Notes under the pieces: model-generated
Seen by the model: only the letters and a program-made list of their open reading frames with translations
What the model was told of the DNA's origin: nothing
Database searches by the model: none
IMG/VR virus record: IMGVR_UViG_3300033555_000001
Span: 128,001-192,000 of that record
Length of the DNA stretch: 64,000 nucleotides
Reading direction: 5' to 3' (one strand)
Origin: a virus
Taxonomy: Duplodnaviria; Caudoviricetes
In this document: positions 28,001 through 36,225 of the stretch, piece by piece
How positions within the stretch are numbered: the stretch's first letter is position 1
Layout of the letters: the number at the start of each line of letters is the position of its first letter
Made by a program: the position numbers and the translations under genes

Positions 28001-30978
28001 TCATAGCCGTTTGCTGCTGCCCAGACTGCAAGTTCGCGTTGGAGCTGTGCGCGAAGTGGACCGGTGAGCGCAGTACTTATATCAGTTTCTGAAAAATAGT
28101 ACCGTGCTTCACTGTTAATTCCATTAAACAGCCGCGTCTCAATCTCCATGATCACGCTGTTTAGCAGGCTAGCCGGATTAATTGATATAAACGCGCCGGT
28201 TAAATTAGGTTGCGCAATCCACAGTGCACCGTCCCACATTGAAAGAATATTAGAACCGCGGTTGTACCAGTAATCGCCGATTGCGGTTGCGACTGGTGAG
28301 GCACGCTCATCGCTGATTACGTTGAACACGCGCAGGTCGCTGCCGTTAAACCAAAGCTCGCCCTTAAATGGTTGCGCTGGCGGGGTCTCAGTAAATGAGC
28401 CAACGGCCGGAGTAAATGTACCGTCTGATCGCTTTACTAGAGTTCCTGGCAGGAGCAACCGATCTCTGAACTCTGATGTAAACTGATAGAGCGGTGTGAG
28501 GTGGCCGTCATGGTTGCGCAACAGTGAAACACCAAGCTCGTTGTCAAAAATAACGGCGGGCTGAACCAGCGCACTTACGCCAAGCTGTGGCAGCGTTGCT
28601 GGAAATCCAATTACAGGTGATGTTGAATCATAGAGCACGGAGCGTACATCACCGTCTCTCAGCCGCTGGTTTAATAAAAAGTCCGTGAGCTCTGTTGCTG
28701 ATGGATTAGCAGTATTTGCGCTCAGAAAATTTACAAACTCTTGGGTGAATAAATCAGCAATTGAATTTGTAGCCGTTTCGTACTGACGCTGTGCCAGGTC
28801 AACAACAGACACTGGGGTCAAGTCACGCTGCATAAGCAATGAAGCTAACAAGTTTTGCTGTTCTGACCACAGCTTAATTGCGCCGCCAAATGCACGGTTT
28901 TGTGCGGTACCCGGTAATTGGTTAGTCAGTATGCTGCGGAAGTGCGAGTACAGGGTGCCTTCAGGAATTTCAGCGCCGTTATCAGCAGCCACGTTCGCAT
29001 AGAACATGCGCGGAACCTGCCACGCACCAATTCCTGCAACATCAGCCACTGGGCCGCCAAAAAAGTCAAATATGGCCTCGTCCTCATCTCGGTACACATA
29101 TCTGGCACTTTCAAAGGCGCCTACACTAATTGTAAAGACATCACCTGGGGTGAACGGGGTGGATCCTGCGGTGATGCTGACGTTAAGCTCGCCATTAGAA
29201 TACGGCACGCCAACTGCTGCCGTACTAAATTCGGCTGGCAGTACTTTAAGCTTAGATCCCTCAACAGCAAAGGTAGTTCCCGTAAGTGCAGTAAGAGTCC
29301 AAATTTGCTGCTGCGCAAATGGATTGCCCGCCGTTACTACTAGGCTGCCAGTTCCATCGCCCGCAAATTGCTGCTCTATTACTGCAGCGGTGCCATAACC
29401 TGGGTGCCAGATGGTATGCAGTGCGGCGTCTGTTGTTCGGTAGAACAGGAGAGAATTATCGCCCTCCGCTAATCCATGCGCAAACAAAAAGTCAGCGCTT
29501 TGATTTGAAGCCTGTGCCAGCCTGCGCTGTAGAGCCGGATCAATTGCTGCAGTAGGATCTTCAGCGTAAAAGAATATTGCTGAAACTTTACCAGCGTGCG
29601 TGCCGTTGTAGCGGTACAGGTTAAACAGTGGTGCTTGATTAAATTCAGTTTTGCTCTGTCTGTACGTGGTGCCGGTGGCCGATGGCGCACCATCTTTAAA
29701 TGTAGAGTTAAGTTCTACATTAGCTTCGTACTGGATAATTGGTCGCACGGCCTGAATGATTTTAGAGCGGTCTAGTCCAAGTCCGTCAAGCTCATCACGG
29801 TGATACCAAAAATTAGCCTCTTGCCAGTCGCTGGTATTGCTGGTAGTATCACCAGTAAGAACCCACTGCTGATTGGCTTCCGAAATATAAGTCTTGCTGG
29901 CATGGGCGTCAAACACACGTGCACCTGCAACAGCCGTTTCTCCGCTGTAATCTCCGGCCCGCGTAAAAGTGCCAGGCTGCACAGTGTAAATCCCGTTTTC
30001 TGCTGAGGCACCCTGGTTTTTCACAAGTACGCGATCACCAGCTTTAACTACAACGCCGCCGATTGTTTGATATGTGTCCAGCGAATCAATTGCGGTAATC
30101 TTGCCCTTTACTCCTGGGCCTACATTTGGTGTTACTGAGTGCACGCTAGAAATAAATGGAGCAGTAATGCTGAACTTATCGCCTGTAACAAATGATTCGT
30201 ACGAGGTAAGAACGCCGCTCTCACTATAAATTGGGTCTCTTACAACCGTAAACTCAAGCAGTACTTTACCGCCTGCCTGGTATTGCACATCAAGCGGGCC
30301 AGTTTCTGGCAGAGCGTATGACTGAACACGCTCAGCAGCCGAAATACCTGGGCCACTTGCAGTAATGGTAAAGTTTTGTGCGTCTAAGAAATCTATAACC
30401 CAAGTTTGCTGGTAAAATCCGGTGCCAGAGAGCACAATCTGGCCAGTGGTTGAGGTTACAACATTTAGTTTATCAGCACCAGAATTTTTTGGCGCTGCAA
30501 TAACATAGTACTCTGGAGAAAGAGTTGGATTCCATGAGAGTGCTGGAGCGCTTGGCAGCCCTTGAGCAACCCAGTAGTAATTAAAGAAGTTAGTAAAGCG
30601 TTCCAGATCAATTGGCGGAGAATAGTTGTTGCTCTGCGAGTACAGCCATGTAGACTGATTCGCCGAAATACCAAGCACTTCAGCCTTGCGAATTAAATCT
30701 TGAACGGTAAAAGAGTGAACTTCGGTACCAACTTTAAACGACAGCACAGGAATAAGCGCGTTAATGTCGCGTTCAGTACTTTGCTGTGGGATCTTTGGAG
30801 TTCTGTCGTCTACTGAAGCTGGCTTGCGGCCAACATAACCGTACAGTGGAACAGCCTCGTCACGCGTAAGAAATCTATTAAAAAGATTGTCTATGAGTGA
30901 AGTGAGCATAGGGTTCCTCAAATTCTGAGGAACAAGTGAAATAAGATCCTGGTGCGGAAGCGTGTAGTCTTTATTCAT
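22003..30978 (-). CDS. giant virion/baseplate protein (2,991 aa)
   Basis: Uninterrupted 9-kb ORF directly after the gp6-like gene and the endonuclease; contains fibre-type GDRVLVKNQ..ENGIY domains and GD.F.I modules. Confidence 0.8.
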   Translation of the reverse strand: MNKDYTLPHQDLISLVPQNLRNPMLTSLIDNLFNRFLTRDEAVPLYGYVGRKPASVDDRTPKIPQQSTERDINALIPVLSFKVGTEVHSFTVQDLIRKAEVLGISANQSTWLYSQSNNYSPPIDLERFTNFFNYYWVAQGLPSAPALSWNPTLSPEYYVIAAPKNSGADKLNVVTSTTGQIVLSGTGFYQQTWVIDFLDAQNFTITASGPGISAAERVQSYALPETGPLDVQYQAGGKVLLEFTVVRDPIYSESGVLTSYESFVTGDKFSITAPFISSVHSVTPNVGPGVKGKITAIDSLDTYQTIGGVVVKAGDRVLVKNQGASAENGIYTVQPGTFTRAGDYSGETAVAGARVFDAHASKTYISEANQQWVLTGDTTSNTSDWQEANFWYHRDELDGLGLDRSKIIQAVRPIIQYEANVELNSTFKDGAPSATGTTYRQSKTEFNQAPLFNLYRYNGTHAGKVSAIFFYAEDPTAAIDPALQRRLAQASNQSADFLFAHGLAEGDNSLLFYRTTDAALHTIWHPGYGTAAVIEQQFAGDGTGSLVVTAGNPFAQQQIWTLTALTGTTFAVEGSKLKVLPAEFSTAAVGVPYSNGELNVSITAGSTPFTPGDVFTISVGAFESARYVYRDEDEAIFDFFGGPVADVAGIGAWQVPRMFYANVAADNGAEIPEGTLYSHFRSILTNQLPGTAQNRAFGGAIKLWSEQQNLLASLLMQRDLTPVSVVDLAQRQYETATNSIADLFTQEFVNFLSANTANPSATELTDFLLNQRLRDGDVRSVLYDSTSPVIGFPATLPQLGVSALVQPAVIFDNELGVSLLRNHDGHLTPLYQFTSEFRDRLLLPGTLVKRSDGTFTPAVGSFTETPPAQPFKGELWFNGSDLRVFNVISDERASPVATAIGDYWYNRGSNILSMWDGALWIAQPNLTGAFISINPASLLNSVIMEIETRLFNGINSEARYYFSETDISTALTGPLRAQLQRELAVWAAANGYDPTAPDYVNTDAFTWNYSSAGLPARWFNALTAHQQTIPGVLKTARPNLDPWRLLGFETKPPAWDSSYAAEITLDMIDAPANGYITGQTARVVLFSAVQTNTILSGLPVVDGRQLSAGQTVLLVSEASPANNGLWTVASHGWARAGTALVEKLVIQITDGESFAGTEWVLRADAPNLNTSPVVFTQARSWKSTMWTDIQAARPGLKLSVDTNRDMLLPPYVNSGFAYSTNALTTTLPPAPTRAYVFGEGSPVETVWTKSVEFRYSLARALFRADPMGFLGHLWGFKWVEVDGILYDSFDMAVPGHRRFKLHGDPIAAVARTPEFLFSSVTGLAGTTFSITHDGYTADRAQSFSVAAKGVIVGYLRVGAGNTVSGQGFSIADAVINDGGKPFRIGDKFSVTVTAGLPVVIFEPATHNQILGFGQVFSHALREGSIDTTQGYAIQAYRGWDVNLGYRAGGLVSTDDLRVFNDVESLPESAFALRFKRSPYARDLWLQGLRVSVVQIGSSNAATVSGFVPAGDASDWVFRVDGYNARFLEVSFSAFDTAGDRVSFTALNGEHTALPWYQPTTELSTPVVTQLPLTITGLQNVLNFLFGYAQLREKEGWRFSDGLSSNIDAGTGRTRNWQLEVEKLVDRVYAGIQLGQGHVINPFMDRVWLDQDVGLLSKFFDSSLFDITGHPGVFDTLGAKINTTDLTILRSRGKSQIGSSIPMFSVHAQVDEYEHLFVFNNLTSPSTNEGLIYDPFSGARISTIKLNGRRQAAQTLRPEFGGHYLVGDEVKQNLQASTDKIAHYYDADHVFEDETSTRHALALLGFSPKKYMDDLDITERTQFNFWRGLVQMKGTNSSIDAFLNNDRFEDAKIDEYWAYKVAEYGDSRSRVFPELKVLVSDTLQQFTKFQFDSNTLQNFGFKTILRGDEGRWFTLDDLDGETAFEAQVVGTYIHEFTEFDARGAAIIYPLQVTLPFVADELVDLSGAQIINDRTLYVLQPGTVSVTGYGPATPKFNPIKLFNYVDAELIEEIPQWHPLIGQHTPTALESINIISDIDPARYNVSTQVVGNSNFDPLRTWGTKELGRVWWDTTNLEYTPYSDDKIYGSIDERLSRWGTLADFSTVDVVEWIESRVPPTEYDALALVDSGNADLDVLTRADGQVYGAKTYSRTRIWQTRPVAWSHAGVAIQAAHPAFNGSFFSNLTLVEKEETLTAVLESSTFKILGISAGMRLGAWQQDDSHTRPLSEFLVLDGFSKFISLNNPDLDQPLGVVSIESVGNTDVVGELLFIKEPTQRVQERNDAGEPINMWTVSTYLRAVEVSSGKSTVQLVNSSRVTGVLAKPAVAATRGYQAINFGSTKTEASKTGLRLSTDPATVTVYSLVITLDGTALTVTFTGDEAQTFGELISVINSQFPGAPAKLDQNRIIIISGTSGADSTVSIGNSALFADLNDFDLLGTSIAGENLIPAVQETINDELQVFADQVLVVPLLEFGLSISVRVTENNVYGPEILVDTIVDALRSSVELLDAVQVLTLVPLSDPSGLVGDGLILSNDPTDPANVINNGVGWRAWSVPSQDELDADTKVPNNSWLPYPGAFVSVEPTIELIKLATNNAALSLNDGTSPGAYQTTWGAWAELESTVLRTTATTMGFAGLAVPAGTTKDLISVYVNGAAQLSGTFTLVGTALTVQSVAFGSEVVVIIRPYAPLQSELDFDPEVNDVLLIQSQYKIDYQYVAVPVRDSEGQITRTKYFFWVKNRSTQARRKKLSIRAVTQLLITGPSNYLTFQNFGGTGSASNPYSYDAITISGLSYVVTKDDTFKLRFTRNFTLRDDSQELDLKNTHVEWALIRPGQRTRIPEALWDKMVNTACGADAAGNILPSPRRASYDERNGTRTQFGFGSDQVLAPSELVKSTLLFTVLNTALVDDSGAFQMPDYMTFLDFSKSDSLFSSAENTRNTMSRIWNTAKPSQINELFFAVLNDICAAQYEMTDIFKTSRLSAYSIKVVRSAPIAPSYE

Positions 30979-31690
30979 TTATATACCTAAAATTTGGGTG
31001 ATTCTTTCCAGCTATTCCATAACCTAATTCAGCAATTAACAATTTCTGGCTTTCATAAATTTTAATTCCGTCTATTGTACATCTGCGACATAGTGAGGCA
31101 CTAACTTTTTTATAAATTTCTGCTTTAGTTTGTTCAGAAATATTGGCGTTAATTTTTTGTCTAGCCTTAGACATTTTAGCAGAAGTGATAGCTTTTTGCT
31201 CATCTGATCTAGACAACTGAAAATCTGTTTTAATTTCAGACAACTGCTTTATCCACTTTTCACGGGAAGCGGGTGACATTTCTGCCATTGCCGTTTTTAC
31301 TTTTTTAGAGTGACTTTCTTTTTTCCCAGGCTTTTGCCATTCTATTATTTGTAATTTACTCTTTGCGGCTTTTTGCTCCTCGGTCCACTCACCCCTGCCA
31401 CCGCCGCCTGGCGCGCGGTTAAAGAGTGGGCCAGTTTTTAGATCAGCTCTGCCGATCAAATCTATAAGAAATATTTCTAACTCCTGCGCCTGGGATTTTG
31501 ATTGAACTTCAATAATTTTAGGCGCCATCTGAAATCCTTCGACAGTTCTTTTGTCGATTAATCTTCTTAGCCGTGTGCAATGAGTATGTTTAAGATGGTC
31601 AAAAGCTCTCCCTGTTCGCCCTTCGCCTATGTACACAGGCATTTGCGTTTTGGGATCATAATAGATATACGTGCAGTGAGAAAGTTCCAT
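30971..31690 (-). mobile_element. free-standing GIY-YIG homing-endonuclease-like gene with NUMOD3-like repeats
   Basis: YIYYDP...VYIGEG..R..H..E..LI...L.N motif; K-rich helical repeats; visibly AT-richer than the flanks. Start moved to the ATG at 31690. Confidence 0.75.
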
Positions 31691-31721
31691 GCGTACTTGA
31701 GCCAAGAGGTTACCAGTACGC

Positions 31722-31727
31722 TATTTA
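31722..31727 (-). promoter_or_regulatory. late promoter core TAAATA
   Basis: CTAAATAG in the intergenic gap upstream of the endonuclease. Confidence 0.5.
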
Positions 31728-31816
31728 GACTCCGGGCAAAATGTCAAAAAACACAACCCGATACTACATGGCCATATCAGTACAGGCAAGAAGAACCTGT
31801 ACTCCCTCTTTAAATC

Positions 31817-34800
31817 TCATCGCATTTGCCTGATAACCGTTGGAGTAAGAGCTTCAACAATTTCAATGTCGGCCAACTGCGCTGCTGATTGCAAGATTTC
31901 ATCAAAGCCGCACTCAATAGTAAACATGTCGCCAAATGAGTTTGTGCTGTACAGTGGAACCAGGACGGCACTTGCTATTTCAGTTGGCAAGCGGGTGTGC
32001 ATGAGCGACAACAGTTCGGTAACATAGAATGTTTCGCCAAAGTCCCAGTTCGGAATGTCAAAATACGTGTTGATGACATTTAACAGCTCCTCTTTAACGC
32101 GCTCATTTGTCAGTGTGCTGCCCGGGGCGCGCACAACTTTAAACTTAGCACGGAATTGTGGCTCTGCAAGCGCACCAAACAAGAGCCGTAATTTACCGGA
32201 GTGCAGTACAACTGTGTCACTCAACATTTTGTTTTTCAACAAATAAGAATAAGAGTTTCGCAGATCGAGTGGCGTTGGCGGTGTGGGTGCTGAGAGTGAT
32301 ATTCCTCGCAAAAAGCTAATCACTGAATCATAGTACCCCTGCGTAATCACGTACGCATCATGAATGTTGGTTACGGATGGGTCAATGATATTTGTAAATG
32401 GCGCAAAGTGCTGCCACATAAAATCAAGTCCTCGACCATCGCTGTTCTTTGCTGTCTGGCGGCGGCCAAAATTGCCAGCAAAGAACGCGTCTGGCCCAGC
32501 AAGACTAAATGCCTGAATGGCCAGTGTTTTATCCGCAAGAGTAACGCCGGGATTATCAAGCCTAAAGTACTCATAGCTTTGCCCGTCTACAGCACCAGCA
32601 AAACTTTCAAACTGCAGCAGGCGATCAGGAATTAAATCACCGCTTGAATCTTCCTGCAGTAAATCAGTTGGTACTACTTGTAGTTTGTGAAAGTCAACTA
32701 CACCATTACTGTCTTTGACCGCACCAGCCACATCGTACACCTGAGAAGATGCCAGTACTTCACCGCGATAGTCTTTATTTGATCGCAAAATCTTAATGCT
32801 GTCAAACACGCGCTTTTTAGTATCGCTGTCAAGTAACTGATCTGCCTCATTAAACCAGAATTTAGTGGTGCGAGATTGAACAGTAAGCGCCAGATCTCGG
32901 TGGTGAACTTCATAACCAATTACGTTATTAGTCGGTTGCTGCCGCAGTTTTTTAACAAAGATTAACCAGCTGTGCTGCGCAGAACCGGCTGAGTCTTGAG
33001 CAAACAAGAATTCATCGCCGTCGTTAATGCCGCTCGCGTAGTAGGGTAACTGCGAGACTCCCAGAATTTCCCACCAGCCGTTTAGGTTAATTACCCGGGT
33101 CTCGTTAAACGCATCACCACCTCGCACAACGCTGGCAAGATCTACGCTCAAGTCATCTAAATTTTGGAGTACAAATGCATCGCCCGGTTCAAACGCAATA
33201 TTCCCAGCGCTTACTGTAAAAAACTCGGTGCCATCTGCGCTGAGCTCATACGGGTCACCAACTGCGCCGGTCTTAAATGTGCCGCGCAGATTTGACCGAA
33301 CATTAAGGGTAACACCGTCAGCACTGACTTCAATAGTAAACACCTCGGCGCTGAGTACTTCACTTGGCCGGTTATGCACAGTAATTGTGCCACTACCAAC
33401 ACCGGACAGGGTGCGGTGGTAGCGCAGCGCGAAATAGTCTTGCTCTGCAATTGGCTGTAAGCCTGATCCAATATCGCCCGGTGGAAATTTATTAATTCCA
33501 TCCACCGTGCGTGGCACTGCAGCAGCGTAGATCCGTGAATCGTCTTTTGGAAATAAATCTGGGTCTGGAATTCGCGCGAAGACTTGAGAGTTAGGGCCCT
33601 CAACAAATGCCAGCGGTTCACCATACCAGTGCCGGTCGATCAGCGCTTGCATGGCAGTTTTTTCTTTTAGTGAACCATCACCGGTTGAGCCAGCAATCAG
33701 CTTTACAAATGAGTTGCCGGAATAGTGCAGGCCCGCGCGGTTGTCTTCAATAAATGACCGGCGTGGCGGGCTGACAACGCCAGCTGTGGCTGGATCAGTT
33801 GCTGACAGGTGCAACATGGCGTTAATGACACCATTAGTGTTTAACAGCGGTTCAATAACCGAGTCTATCAGCGCCTGACCTGAAAGAGAAGTAGTCAAGG
33901 ACGTGAGGCTCAAGTCGTACTGCATAACAAGATCGTCACCAAATATTTTTACGTTCTCATAAGTTCCGCTTGGATCATTCCAGTCAATGTGCTTTGGCTG
34001 ACCAGCGAATGTACGATTTACCGCCTTAAGTCGCAGGATTGACGGGTCTTTTAGCGGAAAGGTATTGTAGTCCTGACCGTTAACCATGCGGTTTTGCGCG
34101 TAATACGTGGCTGGTGCGGACTGACGCACGTGCTCAATTGTCTCGGAGCCTGCGCCATTTTGCAGAGTGGTTGTGAGGCTAAAGGTGACTGTTGCGGTCT
34201 CGGTGTTACCGGTTGATGAGATGTAAGTAAAGGTGAGAGGCTCATTAACTACCTTGCTCTTTTGCACGACAAGCGCACGGTTAGCGCTCTGCCTCATCCA
34301 AAAACGGAACAGCCCCTGTGGAGCCTCTGCAAAATCTCCGTCTCCAAACACAATTGCAATTTGGTCGTTCTCAAGAGTGTCAACCTCGTACTTTGATCGA
34401 GTGCTGCGATCATCGTTAAAAATCAGGTTTTGCTCGTTAATTGTTTCAACCTGTTTCCAGCGCTGCTCAATACCGCCTTGACCATTAATCTTTTGTACCC
34501 ACACGTCCGTGTGATTAACGTTGTCTGGTAAAAATTCTAGTCTGCGGTTAGGCTGCTTATCAAGAATAGAATAATCAATGCGAGTCAGTGTACCCTGTTT
34601 TACATAGGCCAAAAAGCCTGTGTAGTCTGAGCCATCACCAATACCGTCATTTGCGTAGATAATTGACAGCGCTGAGGCCAAATCAGGCTCGCGTTCCAGC
34701 GGGCCGTTTTCGTCAATGTCGGCTGAGACAACTTCCATTGGAAAGCTGTCCAGCCCAGTTGAAGCAGAGAATGGATATACCCCATTAGTAAATGAATTTT

Positions 34801-35359
34801 GCGTGGAGTTCAGCGCGTACAAGTCCATTACTACGTCACCAACTTGAAACGTCTTTTGCGGCTGACCAAAGCGCGTAGTAAGCACACGGTTTGCTATCAG
34901 CAAAAACTGCTCTTTCCAGTTCGCGTTGTTTGGATCATTCCAGCCAACAACTAAACCAGCAATGTCAGTACCACGCGAATCAAACGCGCGTTCGGTTGTA
35001 CTGATGCTTGTGAACTTTACAAGTCCACGTACCGGAATATTTCGTGTTGCCTTATAGGAAATAAGTTTTGCCAGGCGCAGGATAGACTGTTTACGTTGCG
35101 CGGTAGTAATAAAATTCTCATGCGAGACCATGTCAACACGGTACGCAAGTTGCTCGGCCACGTATGCAAAAATCTCAAGCATAGCAATAAGTTCGCTGGA
35201 CTCAAGCAAATCGTTAAAGACTTCGCTGTAGTAAATGCGCAAGTAATCAACGAGCGACTGTTTGATCGTGTCAGCGTCGTACGATGTAAAGTTTACCTTG
35301 GTAAACCCCTCGTAAATTTTGTCCCAGCTTTCTGCACTATTACTATTTCTGAATGCCAT
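31817..35359 (-). CDS. gp6: baseplate wedge subunit (gp6-like, extended)
   Basis: YDADTIKQSL..YL...FND..ESS...E..AY...YR.D...ENF.TA.R..S..RLAK N-terminus; RMVNGQDY and G.ETIE motifs. Confidence 0.85.
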   Translation of the reverse strand: MAFRNSNSAESWDKIYEGFTKVNFTSYDADTIKQSLVDYLRIYYSEVFNDLLESSELIAMLEIFAYVAEQLAYRVDMVSHENFITTAQRKQSILRLAKLISYKATRNIPVRGLVKFTSISTTERAFDSRGTDIAGLVVGWNDPNNANWKEQFLLIANRVLTTRFGQPQKTFQVGDVVMDLYALNSTQNSFTNGVYPFSASTGLDSFPMEVVSADIDENGPLEREPDLASALSIIYANDGIGDGSDYTGFLAYVKQGTLTRIDYSILDKQPNRRLEFLPDNVNHTDVWVQKINGQGGIEQRWKQVETINEQNLIFNDDRSTRSKYEVDTLENDQIAIVFGDGDFAEAPQGLFRFWMRQSANRALVVQKSKVVNEPLTFTYISSTGNTETATVTFSLTTTLQNGAGSETIEHVRQSAPATYYAQNRMVNGQDYNTFPLKDPSILRLKAVNRTFAGQPKHIDWNDPSGTYENVKIFGDDLVMQYDLSLTSLTTSLSGQALIDSVIEPLLNTNGVINAMLHLSATDPATAGVVSPPRRSFIEDNRAGLHYSGNSFVKLIAGSTGDGSLKEKTAMQALIDRHWYGEPLAFVEGPNSQVFARIPDPDLFPKDDSRIYAAAVPRTVDGINKFPPGDIGSGLQPIAEQDYFALRYHRTLSGVGSGTITVHNRPSEVLSAEVFTIEVSADGVTLNVRSNLRGTFKTGAVGDPYELSADGTEFFTVSAGNIAFEPGDAFVLQNLDDLSVDLASVVRGGDAFNETRVINLNGWWEILGVSQLPYYASGINDGDEFLFAQDSAGSAQHSWLIFVKKLRQQPTNNVIGYEVHHRDLALTVQSRTTKFWFNEADQLLDSDTKKRVFDSIKILRSNKDYRGEVLASSQVYDVAGAVKDSNGVVDFHKLQVVPTDLLQEDSSGDLIPDRLLQFESFAGAVDGQSYEYFRLDNPGVTLADKTLAIQAFSLAGPDAFFAGNFGRRQTAKNSDGRGLDFMWQHFAPFTNIIDPSVTNIHDAYVITQGYYDSVISFLRGISLSAPTPPTPLDLRNSYSYLLKNKMLSDTVVLHSGKLRLLFGALAEPQFRAKFKVVRAPGSTLTNERVKEELLNVINTYFDIPNWDFGETFYVTELLSLMHTRLPTEIASAVLVPLYSTNSFGDMFTIECGFDEILQSAAQLADIEIVEALTPTVIRQMR

Positions 35360-35383
35360 ATATGTCCTAAATCAAAGTACAGC

Positions 35384-35389
35384 TATTTA
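35384..35389 (-). promoter_or_regulatory. late promoter core TAAATA overlapping the GNAT gene stop codon
   Basis: GTG TAA ATA G, upstream of the AGGA RBS of the gp6-like gene. Confidence 0.55.
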
Positions 35390-35830
35390 CACTGGTAGGC
35401 GGTTGGCAGGAATTGAACCCTTCTGGACTAACCACATGCGATTGCTTTGCGGATTATTTTTAAATCCAAAACGCCGATAGAACTTTTGAAGCTTATTAAC
35501 CTGTTCATCATCTGACATAGCTGAATCAGCATTCACGGCTTGACCAGGGAACGGATCTAAAAAGATAAGCTCGGCTGCCTGTGCTTCTGGCGTTTGCAGA
35601 AATTGTTTCATCAGTTTATCGCCATCACCGTTTCCCGGGTTATTAACCGAAATCATTTGAAGCTCAAGGACCTCTTTACTGTACCCATCAGGAATATACC
35701 CGGCGTGCTCTTCATCTTCAAGATCAGACTTCCAACCGTATTTGACGTATCCTTCAGCGGTTTTAATCTGCGCTTCCGACGGGTTTTCTGAAGATTTAAT
35801 AAAGCCTCTACAGATTTCAAGCAGCTTCAT
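35387..35830 (-). CDS. GNAT-family acetyltransferase
   Basis: LQMISVNNPGNGDGDKLMKQFL (motif A) and KLQKFYRRFGFK (motif B). Confidence 0.75.
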   Translation of the reverse strand: MKLLEICRGFIKSSENPSEAQIKTAEGYVKYGWKSDLEDEEHAGYIPDGYSKEVLELQMISVNNPGNGDGDKLMKQFLQTPEAQAAELIFLDPFPGQAVNADSAMSDDEQVNKLQKFYRRFGFKNNPQSNRMWLVQKGSIPANRLPV

Positions 35831-35831
35831 T

Positions 35832-36212
35832 TTACGCCCCAGTACTAAATGACAGCTTTAGTGTTTCGGTAATATTGAGCTCAACGTAGCGCAAGTCAAC
35901 AAAAGCAAAGATCGCGTTGTTATCCGGTGCAGCGTTAACTGACATGTCAATTAGCTGCACGCGCGGATCGTAATCAATTACTTTTTTTAAATCTTCTTTT
36001 ACAATATCAAGGGTCAAATTATCAAGTGGCTGAAATGCCAGTAACGGGATTCGCGTGCCAAAATCAGGCAAGTGCACGCGCTCACCAGGAATTGTGTAAA
36101 TGTGATTTAGTAAATCCTGTTTTACCAGTTCTTGATTTGTGAGCGAAAAGCCACGCTTCTTGTTAGCTAAGTACGAGGCAGTACTGAATCCGCGGTAGAG
36201 TGGTAGAGCCAT
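35832..36212 (-). CDS. gp25: baseplate wedge subunit gp25-like
   Basis: ELVKQDLLNH..T.PGER..LPDFGT.I...DPRV motifs. Confidence 0.9.
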   Translation of the reverse strand: MALPLYRGFSTASYLANKKRGFSLTNQELVKQDLLNHIYTIPGERVHLPDFGTRIPLLAFQPLDNLTLDIVKEDLKKVIDYDPRVQLIDMSVNAAPDNNAIFAFVDLRYVELNITETLKLSFSTGA

Positions 36213-36225
36213 AAATTTCCTTTAA

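Noticed and set aside
30971-31816. Group I intron carrying the GIY-YIG gene
   Set aside because: The flanking genes appear complete with their own starts and stops, no exon pair is evident, and I could not recognise intron core elements by eye. A covariance-model search was not run.
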